Shown: positions 28,186-36,704 of the stretch, one piece after another
Layout: each line of letters begins with the position of its first letter
How positions within the stretch are numbered: the stretch's first letter is position 1
DNA from: Chloroflexaceae bacterium
GTDB taxonomy: Bacteria; Cyanobacteriota; Cyanobacteriia; Cyanobacteriales; JAAUTE01
Assembly: GCA_012031815.1 (NCBI GenBank)
Contig: JAAUTE010000002.1
Coordinates: 1 to 38,355 of the forward strand
Direction of reading: 5' to 3'
Length of the DNA: 38,355 nucleotides
Notes under the pieces: generated by a model
What the model was told of the DNA's origin: nothing
What the model saw: only the letters and a program-made list of their open reading frames with translations
Database searches by the model: none
Program-made: the position numbers and the translations under genes

Positions 28186-29120
28186 TTAGTTAGCCTGTTT
28201 GTGGTCTAATTGCAGAAAAATAGTTTCTAGACTGTCAATTTCACTGCGAAACTCCGTTAGGGGAATGCTAGCCGCCACCAAATCCCGCAACAATTGGGCG
28301 CTGTCGGCGGGAGACCCGGTAAAATTCAAGCGCAGCCGACCGGGTTCCGGTAAATATTCCCATTCCTGGACGAAGGGGCAGTTTTCTAAGGCTTGCTCCA
28401 GGGTTTGGCGATCGCCAAGGTAGAAAGAATGAGCCACTGGCGGGAGCGCTGATAGAGAGATTCCAGGGGGGCACTTTCCACGAGACAGCCCAGCTCCATG
28501 ATACCGATGGCACTGCAAAGCTCGGCCAGATCGCTGAGGACGTGGGAAGAAATGAGAACCGTCATGCCGGCTGCTTGCAACACCTTGATAATATCCCGGA
28601 ATTGCTGGCGAGCAATGGGGTCTAGTCCAGAAACAGGCTCGTCCAAAAGGAGAAGCCAGGGTTCGTGAATGATGGTGCGGGCGAGGCTGAGCCGTTGTTT
28701 CATGCCCCGCGACAGGGTAGAGATGAAACTATCCCGTTTGTGGGCAAGATCGACTAATTCGAGCACTTCATTGAGGCGGCGGCGGCGGGACTTTCCCTGC
28801 AAGCGGTACAGGCGGGCAAAGTAATCTAGGTAATCCCAAACGGTAAGGTCATCGTAGACGGGAAAATCGTCGGGAAGATAGCCTAATTGTCTCTTTAACC
28901 AGGGGTCGCAGCGATCCAGGCGCAAACGCTGGCCAAAAAGCTGAATTTCTCCGGCGGTTGGCTCCTCGGCGGCGGCTAACAGGCGAATCAGGGTGGTCTT
29001 GCCTGCGCCATTGGGGCCGATCAAACCGTAGACGGTTCCGCTTTCTACCTGTAAATCAACCTCTCGAACGGCAATGTGGCGCTCGAATTGTTTGGTCAGT
29101 CCCTCGGTGCGATCGCCCAT
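28186..29120 (-). CDS. ABC transporter ATP-binding protein (ABC-2/DrrA-like, with C-terminal accessory domain); frameshift near 28442-28444
   Basis: Walker A GPNGAGKTT, signature LSRGMKQRL, Walker B LLLLDEPVSGLD, H-loop SSHVL. After ...APLESLYQRS the protein continues in track ORF 28186-28518 (VAHSFYLGDRQTLEQALENCPFVQEWEYLPEPGRLRLNF...SLETIFLQL). Confidence 0.85.
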
Positions 29121-29365
29121 TCGGCCATAGTCCGTTCTCCTAGAATTCTGTCTTCAGCAAGTTGCGAAGACACCCCAGCTTAGCTTTTTCTTTGAGGGGC
29201 TGCCATCCTCAGTGCTAAAACTGCAACAAAGTAGCTTGAAAATGGAAAATTTTCCTTGGATTTTAGCATTGGCAGCCAGGAAATCAGGTTTACAAAACTT
29301 TAATTTATCAGTAGTTCTGCTAAAATTCTGGAGGTAAAGTTGCTGGCTTGAATTTCAATTTCTGC

Positions 29366-30361
29366 ATGAGTGAGAGCAAACCGATATCAATAGGACAGTG
29401 GCTTTTATCCTGGAGCTTGCTGGCGACAATTTTGGCAGTGACGGGATTCGCCTTGCTGGTGTCCCGCTTCGGTTGGCAACTTTATCTAGAAATTTTTTCC
29501 CACTTCCAAGTTCAGTATTTAATCCTGGTGTTGCTGTTGGCGATCGCCTTGGGTTTTACAGGGCGCAGAATGTTTATTTTGGTGGGATTATTTTGTGTGG
29601 CGATTTTAGGATCGCAAATTTTACCCTGGTACTTCCCACCACCAGATTTTTTGGGGAATTCCAACCGGGATCTGCGAATTTTAGTGGCCAATGTGAATAC
29701 CCAAAATCGGGAATTTTCTCAAGTCATTGCCCTCACGCGCCGGGAAAAACCGGGACTTGCCGTTTTTATCGAGGTGGACAAAAGTTGGCTAGAACAGCTT
29801 GATTCCCTACGAGATCTTTTACCCTACTCCTTTGGAGAAGCGAATCCCTATAACCTTGGCATTGTTGTCTTCAGTCAGTATCCTCTTATCAATCCTCAAG
29901 TGGAATTTTTTGGCACGACCCAAAATGCCAGCATCACTGGCCAGGTCGTGATCGCCAATCAAACCCTGTCTTTTGTGGCAGCCCATCCCCCGCCACCTTT
30001 GAAAGCTAATTTTTTTGGCGATCGCAACCAACAATTAGATGCGATCGGGCAATATTTAAAAACTGTAGAGGAGCCAAAACTGGTGATGGGAGATCTAAAT
30101 ATCACCATGTGGTCGCCCTATTATCGACGGTTGATTAAGCGCACTGGCTTGAAAAATGCCCGTCAAGGCTTTGGGATTCTGCCAAGCTGGCCAACCCAGC
30201 GAACCTACCACCAAGTCCCTGCTGCTATTTCGTCATTTTTATTGATTCCCATCGATCATTGCCTGGTCAGTTCCGGTATTAAGGTTACCCAGATTCAAAC
30301 AGGCGCAGAAATAGGCTCCGATCATTTGCCGTTGCTAGTCGATCTAAAACTGCTCCCTTAA
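29366..30361 (+). CDS. Membrane-anchored endonuclease/exonuclease/phosphatase (EEP) family protein
   Basis: N-terminal TM segments, then LRILVANVN, FIEVD, MGDLNITMWSP and the C-terminal GSDHLPLLVDL, which are the EEP catalytic motifs. ATG 29366 is preferred to TTG 29348. Confidence 0.8.
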   Translation: MSESKPISIGQWLLSWSLLATILAVTGFALLVSRFGWQLYLEIFSHFQVQYLILVLLLAIALGFTGRRMFILVGLFCVAILGSQILPWYFPPPDFLGNSNRDLRILVANVNTQNREFSQVIALTRREKPGLAVFIEVDKSWLEQLDSLRDLLPYSFGEANPYNLGIVVFSQYPLINPQVEFFGTTQNASITGQVVIANQTLSFVAAHPPPPLKANFFGDRNQQLDAIGQYLKTVEEPKLVMGDLNITMWSPYYRRLIKRTGLKNARQGFGILPSWPTQRTYHQVPAAISSFLLIPIDHCLVSSGIKVTQIQTGAEIGSDHLPLLVDLKLLP

Positions 30362-30490
30362 ATGTTAGAAATAGCCCTGGAGAATTAACCTGCTACAGGT
30401 CATCTCGGTTACCAATTTTGCAGTGCTGTCGCGAGGTCGGAGCGTTTCGCTAATCTTGAGATGACAACGCCCGCAAAACGGTAGTTCACT

Positions 30491-31282
30491 ATGATCGATC
30501 CTCGTTTGTGCAACCGTCCCCCCATTCCTTGGCTCTCCTGGCGGGGGTTTATCGAACAAGGACTGAGTAATGTCGCTGGTGTTACTGCGATTCTGCTGGC
30601 AATTCTCCTGGGAATTTTGGCTATTTTATCGAGGTCGCTGGCGCTTTGGCTGCGAGGCACGATTCTGTCTGCGATCGCCGCTTATGCCATCATTTTGTTA
30701 CCGCCGACTGCACAATTGGCGGAATGGGGCTTAACGACCTGGCTGCCTGCGGATCTAGGACAGCCCGCCGATGCGATCGTGGTCTTGGGTCGGGGGCGGG
30801 AATTAAACCAAAATCGGGCCAGGGATGCGCTACAGTTGTGGCAAGCTGGCCGCGCTCCTCTCATTTTTGCCAGCGGCATTGGTGATGCTCCCATACTGTA
30901 TCGTGATTTATTACAAAGGGGCGTCCCAAGTAACTCTTTACAATTAGAAGCCTGTTCCCAAACCACCGAAGAAAATGCCCGATTTACCGCTTATCTGCTC
31001 CAACCCCAGGGAATTTATCGTATTATTTTAGTCAGCGATCCGCCCCATCTCTTGCGCTCTTTGCTGACATTTCAGAGTTTTGGTTTTCGGGTAATTCCCC
31101 ACCGCAGCCGCGTTCCTGAGGATATCACTCCCCGCCGTCGTTCTCTGCTGTTGGTTCGAGAATATGCGGGACTGGTTGCCTACGCTTTAAGAGGGCGATA
31201 CTTCCCCCGTGATGTGACTGAAGTGCGGCGGGTTGCTCAAGTGCTCTCCCCGGCGCTCACCCCGAATGGCCCTAGGAGTTAA
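30491..31282 (+). CDS. YdcF/ElyC family (DUF218) protein
   Basis: TM segments, then AIVVLGRG...IFASGIG...CSQTTEENARFT...IILVSDPPHLLR, the DUF218 pattern. Confidence 0.75.
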   Translation: MIDPRLCNRPPIPWLSWRGFIEQGLSNVAGVTAILLAILLGILAILSRSLALWLRGTILSAIAAYAIILLPPTAQLAEWGLTTWLPADLGQPADAIVVLGRGRELNQNRARDALQLWQAGRAPLIFASGIGDAPILYRDLLQRGVPSNSLQLEACSQTTEENARFTAYLLQPQGIYRIILVSDPPHLLRSLLTFQSFGFRVIPHRSRVPEDITPRRRSLLLVREYAGLVAYALRGRYFPRDVTEVRRVAQVLSPALTPNGPRS

Positions 31283-31371
31283 CCCAGTGGCAAAGTATTT
31301 TCAGCGGCTGTCACTCTGCTGGGCAAAACTTCTAACATAAATAAGCAGATGCCATAACCGAAACCCTGCCG

Positions 31372-32216
31372 ATGTTAGAGGCCAAACTAGAGCAACTTCA
31401 AGCCATTTTTAGAGAGATGGAACGGGCGCTAATCGCCTATTCGGGAGGCATTGATAGCACCCTGGTCGCCAAAATTGCCTGGGATATCCTCCAAGACCGC
31501 GCCCTGGCCGTGACTGCCCTCTCCCCGTCCCTCCTACCAGAAGAATTTGAAGAAGCCCAAATTCAGGCAGCCCAAATCGGAATTCGCCATGAATGGGTGG
31601 AAACCCACGAAATGGACAACCCTCACTACACCGCCAATCCCGTTAACCGCTGCTACTTCTGCAAAAGCGAACTCCACGACACCCTCAAACCCCTCGCCGC
31701 GATCGCGGCTATCCCTACGTGGTTGATGGGGTTAACGCCGATGACCTGCGGGATTACCGCCCCGGCATCCAGGCCGCCCAAGAACGGGGGGCGCGATCGC
31801 CGCTGGCCGAAGTTGGCATCACCAAAACAGAAGTAAGAGAGTTATCCAGGCAATTAGGACTACCCTGGTGGAATAAACCGGCCCAACCTTGCTTAAGCTC
31901 TCGTTTTCCCTACGGCGAAGCCATTACCGTTGCCAAACTCCAGCGCGTGGGCCGGGCCGAAATTTATCTGCGAAATCTAGGCTATCACACCCTACGAGTG
32001 CGTTCCCAAGGGGATACCGCCCGCATCGAACTCCCACCCGACCAGATTAAACCCTTTGTCAACCAGAGTGATTTAGGACAATTGGTCGCAGCCTTCCAAG
32101 ACCTGGGCTTTTTGTTTGTGACCCTCGATCTCGAAGGCTTTGCCAGCGGCAAGCTTAACCGCGTCTTAGAGCAGAATCAGCCAGATCGAGTTAGCGCCCT
32201 GAGCGCCGCCAAATAA
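31372..32216 (+). CDS. LarE-family PP-loop ATPase / sulfur transferase (TIGR00268-type); frameshift near 31698-31701
   Basis: PP-loop AYSGGIDST, then NRCYFCKSEL. After ...LKPLAA the protein continues in the frame of track ORF 31719-32216: DRGYPYVVDGVNADDLRDYRPGIQAAQERGARSPL...QPCLSSRFPYG...LRVRSQGDTARIEL. Confidence 0.75.
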
Positions 32217-32224
32217 CGGGTTTG

Positions 32225-33092
32225 ATGGGGTTATCAACCAGAAAGCAGGGAATTCTCTTTGCCCTCGCCGCCAGTTTTTGTTCGGTTTGATGAGCTTCCT
32301 GGTTCATCATGTCTCTGGAGCGGTTCCTTACTCACAAATCGTGTTTGTTCGGGCAGTGGTGTCCAGTTTTGTGCTGCTGCCGGCGATTTCCCTGGCTGAT
32401 CTGAATCTGCGCCGCCCAGCAACCTCGTTTCTGATTCTGCGGGGATTGGCGGGATCAGTAGCACTGTGCAGCTATTTTTGGACGTTAGCCAATACTTCTG
32501 TCGGTAATGCCCGCATCCTCGCCGATTTAGCACCGCTTTTGGTGGCTGTCTTGGGCTGGCTCCTGCTAAAAGAGCGCCTCTCCCCACGACAAGTGGCCGC
32601 GATCGCCTGCGGGGTGGTAGGGTCGGGTGGTGGTTGAGCTGGCCGGGGGCGGATTCAACTCTGGAGCCGCTGGTGGTGGCCGTGGGTTTGCTCGGCGCAC
32701 TGGCAACGGCGATCGCCTTTTTATCTTTGCGCCAGGCCACGCGGAAGTTTTCTCCGGAGGCCATTGTCTTTGTCTTTAACCTGATTCTCTGCGGTTTTGT
32801 GCTGTTAATCCCCTCTGTCCCCTGGATTGTCCCCAATTTTTGGCAAGGTGCCTCAGTGCTGGGGGTGGCAGCTACGGGCCTGGGGGGACAGCTTTGTTTG
32901 ACCCGCGCCTTTGCTCGCCTGCCGGCCACCGTTGCTACCGGGATTAATCCCTCCGTGCTACTGTTCGGGGTGTTGCTGGATTGGTTGCTAGAAGGTGACA
33001 GCCCCACTCAGAGCGAATGGCTAAGCTATCTGCTGATTATCCTGGGTGTCTGGGGCATCATTCCGCGATCGCCAGCCCCCAAGCCAAATTAA
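32225..33092 (+). CDS. EamA/DMT family transporter; two frameshifts (T5 32275-32279, G3 32620-32622)
   Basis: The unlisted ATG 32225 ORF (MGLSTRKQGILFALAASF) joins track ORF 32278-32637 (LFGLMSFLVHH...LLKERLSPRQVAAIACGVVG) and then 32634-33092 (...WPGADSTLEPLVVAVGLLGALATAIAFLSLRQA...). This gives two EamA-like halves with about 10 hydrophobic segments. Confidence 0.7.
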
Positions 33093-33381
33093 CCTAAGAA
33101 TACCGTTTTTTTCCGGCAAAAACCCCGTCAAGAACCTCCAGGACTGCATTTTAAACCAAGAAACCACGATAGTCCCGTTTTCCACCCTGGATGAGTCCCG
33201 CTAAAGTTGCCTGCTCCAACTAATTAAGAATATCTATCATCAAGTCTCTTGCGAACTATTTGCATTTAGCTCTAAACTGTATCTCAGGAAACGTCCTCAG
33301 CTACTGTTTACGGCACTAAACGCTTGCTGGGGAGGAATGCGCTTGTCAACGTACTGCTAAATCCTATCTTTACTAACCCCA

Positions 33382-33630
33382 ATGACTTTAGCTAACTTAG
33401 AATCAGTTGCAGTCAACTGGAGCGATCGCTGGTCAATCTACCATCGTTTGCAAGAGCTGCAAATCCCCTGTCACTGTTCTCCCAACCAACCCCTGCGGGT
33501 ACAGCTAGATCGCCCCAGTGCAGCCGTTCAACTGTGGAGCGTAGTCAAACAGCACGTTGCCTGCCGTCAGGAATTATTGCAGTGGCTGGAGCGCTGCTCG
33601 CAACTGGACTGCCAAGAGCGCAACAGTTAG
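33382..33630 (+). CDS. Asr1405/Asl0597-like small conserved cyanobacterial protein
   Basis: 82 aa. The pattern WSDRWSIYHRLQELQIPCHCSPNQPLRVQL...AVQLWSVVKQ matches my memory of this family. Confidence 0.6.
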   Translation: MTLANLESVAVNWSDRWSIYHRLQELQIPCHCSPNQPLRVQLDRPSAAVQLWSVVKQHVACRQELLQWLERCSQLDCQERNS

Positions 33631-33697
33631 CGTAGCACAAAAACCCGGTAAAACCCTTGAGATTCTTCGAAATCCCGCTAAAATCAGGAATTTAGCC

Positions 33698-34342
33698 ATG
33701 TCACAGAAACTCGTTTCCCAATTTCAACTCCTCGGTCAATTACAGGAGTGGGTTGTCAAAGATGGCGATCGCATTAAATATCTCTGGTTACAAGTGGGGA
33801 ACGAGAGCTATCGCCTGAAACTGGCCAAAGAAATTCGCCATTGTCTCGATCCGGAGCTAAAACCCGGCTGTTGGCTAGAAGTCAGCGGCAGGCAGGCAGA
33901 AAAAGTCAAAACCGGCGAAGTCAAGCGAAAAATAGACAATATTCGCCTCCTAGCCCCACCAGCAGATGAAATAACCCAGCCCGTCCCCCCGGAAACGGCT
34001 CCGGCGAAAAAATCCCGTGCCTGCGTTTTGGTGTGCAGCAAATCCAACTGCTGGCACCAACATGGGGGTCAAGCCGTCGCCCAAGCCTTAGAAGCCAGCT
34101 TAGCCGAACAAGGATTAACAGAACAGGTCACCCTCAAGTTAACGGGCTGCCTCAAAGAGTGCAAAAAAGGGCCCAATATCGTCATGATGCCCGACAAAGC
34201 CCGCTACAGCCGCGTCAGCTCCCAAGAAATTCCCGTCCTCGTCGCCGAACATTTTGTCGCCGAGATTGCGCTCCGCGCACTGGCAAAGCCAATCGCTAAC
34301 GACCCGGCCTCAGAACCGTTCCCTGCCTACAATGACGAGTAG
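33698..34342 (+). CDS. Thioredoxin-like [2Fe-2S] ferredoxin domain protein with an N-terminal extension
   Basis: The C-terminal half carries VLVCSKSNCWHQHGG...LTGCLKECKKGPNIVMMPD (4 Cys arranged as in NuoE-type/thioredoxin-like 2Fe-2S ferredoxins). ATG 33698 is preferred; the track start 33557 would overlap the previous gene. Confidence 0.65.
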   Translation: MSQKLVSQFQLLGQLQEWVVKDGDRIKYLWLQVGNESYRLKLAKEIRHCLDPELKPGCWLEVSGRQAEKVKTGEVKRKIDNIRLLAPPADEITQPVPPETAPAKKSRACVLVCSKSNCWHQHGGQAVAQALEASLAEQGLTEQVTLKLTGCLKECKKGPNIVMMPDKARYSRVSSQEIPVLVAEHFVAEIALRALAKPIANDPASEPFPAYNDE

Positions 34343-34361
34343 GTACCCTTAATAACTCGCC

Positions 34362-35521
34362 GTGGCCACCCAAACCCCAACCCTAGCCTCCGTTCTTGAC
34401 AAAACCTTAGCCGCCGAAGATTTGACGCCCCAGGAAGGGCTATGGCTCCTCCAGCAAACCCAACCAGCGGCCCTTGCCCAGATTCGCGACGCGAGCGATC
34501 GCCTCCGCCAACAGTTGGTGGGAGAGACGGTCACCTACGTGATCAACCGCAACCTAAATTTTACGAATATCTGCGAGCAGCACTGTAATTTCTGCGCTTT
34601 TCGCCGGGATGATGGACAAGAAGGTGCCTTCTGGCTAGAAGAAGCCCAACTCTTGGAGAAAGTCGCCGATGCCGTTGCTCGCAAGGCCACCGAAATTTGT
34701 ATCCAGGGCGGACTCAACCCCGCCGCCAAACGGGCTGGTTCCTCCCTGTCCTACTATCAGCATCTAATCGAAACCATCAAAACCGCCCATCCCCAACTGC
34801 ACCTCCACGCCTTTTCTCCCCAGGAAATTCAATTTATCTCCAGAGAAGACCATCTAAGCTACGAAACCGTCCTGCGATCGCTCCACGCCGCCGGGGTAGA
34901 TTCGCTGCCGGGAACAGCGGCAGAAGTGCTAGATGATGCTGTCCGGCGAGTAATCTGCCCTGAAAGATTAACACCCAAACCTGGCTCGAAATCGTGGCGG
35001 CGGCTCATCGCCTGGGTATCCCGACCACCAGTACCCTGCTCTGCGGTCATATCGAAACGCCCCAGCAGCAGATTACCCACCTCCTCCAGCTCCGACAACT
35101 CCAGCAGCAGGCCAGCCACAACGACTTTCCCGCTCGCATCAGCGAATTTATCCTGCTGCCCTTTGTGGGCCAGCAAGCCCCCGCCCCCTTACGCAAGCGC
35201 GTCGGCCGCGATCAGCCGGATTTAGCGGCTACCCTGCACTTAACGGCGGTATCTCGCTTATTTTTGGGACGCTGGATCGTCAACCACCAACCAAGCTGGG
35301 TCAAACTGGGTCTAGCCGGAGCCAGCGAAGCCCTGACCTGGGGCTGCAACGACCTCGGCGGCACCCTCATGGAAGAACATATCACCACCATGGCCGGAGC
35401 CCAAGGCGGCACTTGTCTCGAAGTCCCAACCTTGCAGGCGGCGATCGCCAAAATGGGTCGTCCCTATCGAGAGAGATCGACCCTCTATGGTGAGGTCAGA
35501 CCCCTAATTCAAGTCCCGTAG
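34362..35521 (+). CDS. cofH: Radical-SAM FO (7,8-didemethyl-8-hydroxy-5-deazariboflavin) synthase subunit CofH; frameshift at AAA 34963-34965
   Basis: [21 protein letters not shown] (CxxxCxxC), ICIQGGLNP. After ...RRVICPE the protein continues in the frame of track ORF 34994-35521: (K)[32 protein letters not shown]...[19 protein letters not shown]. The futalosine-pathway enzymes MqnC/MqnE are the main alternative. CofH is favoured because cyanobacteria normally use the classical men pathway. Confidence 0.65.
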
Positions 35522-35699
35522 CAGATTATCCTAGTGAAGACCTGATTTTGCCGGAATTAAAGGACTATACTTGGGCATTTAAGCTCACTAGAGCCATCTA
35601 AAGACCGCAGACACCACCAGACACAAAAATAAGGATCTGGACAGAAAAGCAGTCCAAGGTTAATTTAAGATTAATTTCAAAATTGGCAAGGTCAGTTTC

Positions 35700-36635
35700 A
35701 TGAGAATCTTAGTCACTGGCGGTGCAGGTTTCATTGGCTCCCACCTCATCGATCGCCTAATGGAACAGGGACACGAGGTTCTCTGTTTAGATAACTTTTA
35801 TACCGGGCACAAGCGCAATATCGAAAAGTGGCTAGGACATCCTTACTTTGAATGCATTCGCCACGATATTACGGAACCCATTCGTCTAGAAGTCGATCGC
35901 ATTTATCACCTGGCCTGCCCAGCGTCCCCGGTTCACTACCAGTTTAATCCGGTAAAAACGATTAAAACCAACGTAATCGGGACATTACATATGCTCGGAC
36001 TGGCCAAACGTGTAAAAGCACGGTTTTTACTCGCTTCCACCTCAGAAGTCTACGGCGATCCCCTGGTTCACCCCCAAACCGAAGAATACTGGGGCAATGT
36101 TAATCCGATTGGCATCCGCAGTTGCTACGACGAAGGCAAGCGCGTGGCCGAAACCCTGACCTTTGACTACCATCGCAACAATGGCGTCGATATTCGCGTC
36201 GCCCGGATCTTCAATACCTACGGGCCCCGCATGTTTGAGAATGACGGGCGAGTTGTTAGTAATTTTGTTGTGCAAGCACTACAGGGAATTCCGCTAACGG
36301 TCTATGGCGACGGTTCCCAAACCCGGAGTTTTTGCTATGTTTCTGACTTGGTAGAAGGGTTAATGCGTTTGATGGAAGGGGATTACATCGGGCCGGTGAA
36401 CCTGGGCAATCCGGTTGAGTATACCATTCTAGAACTTGCCCAAACCATTCAAAAAATGGTCAATCCCAACGCCGATATTGCCTTTAAACCCTTACCCCAG
36501 GACGATCCCAAAAAGCGCCAACCCGACATTTCTCGGGCCAAGACCTATTTGGGCTGGGAGCCATTGGTTCCGCTCCAGGAGGGGCTGACTAAAACCATCG
36601 CCGATTTTGAGGAGCGCCTGAACGCCTCACGTTAG
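35700..36635 (+). CDS. UDP-glucuronate decarboxylase (UDP-xylose synthase)
   Basis: [46 protein letters not shown] (YxxxK), [11 protein letters not shown]. This is the highly characteristic UXS pattern. Confidence 0.9.
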   Translation: MRILVTGGAGFIGSHLIDRLMEQGHEVLCLDNFYTGHKRNIEKWLGHPYFECIRHDITEPIRLEVDRIYHLACPASPVHYQFNPVKTIKTNVIGTLHMLGLAKRVKARFLLASTSEVYGDPLVHPQTEEYWGNVNPIGIRSCYDEGKRVAETLTFDYHRNNGVDIRVARIFNTYGPRMFENDGRVVSNFVVQALQGIPLTVYGDGSQTRSFCYVSDLVEGLMRLMEGDYIGPVNLGNPVEYTILELAQTIQKMVNPNADIAFKPLPQDDPKKRQPDISRAKTYLGWEPLVPLQEGLTKTIADFEERLNASR

Positions 36636-36704
36636 ATCGGCAAGCTTCGGTTGGGCAAAAGCGGCTGGCAGCTTGATTGTAGTGTTCATCAAGAGGAAAA
36701 AAAC

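Noticed and set aside
32234-33007. 257-aa minus-strand ORF
   Set aside because: It is entirely antisense to the EamA transporter gene. The translation is low-complexity and Pro/Ser/Arg/Gly-rich with no recognisable motif, which is typical of the shadow frame of a GC-rich membrane-protein gene.
33666-33675. A T-loop-like TTCGAAATCC as a possible tRNA fragment
   Set aside because: No acceptor, D or anticodon arms can be drawn around it. It lies in the short spacer and leader just before the ferredoxin-domain gene.
125-35521. Programmed ribosomal frameshifting or phase variation as the explanation for the frame breaks
   Set aside because: The breaks hit unrelated essential genes (purL, purF, glmM, malQ). 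They lack slippery heptamers or downstream structures, occur mostly in very short runs (2-4 nt), and almost all go in the same direction. That fits a technical deletion bias.
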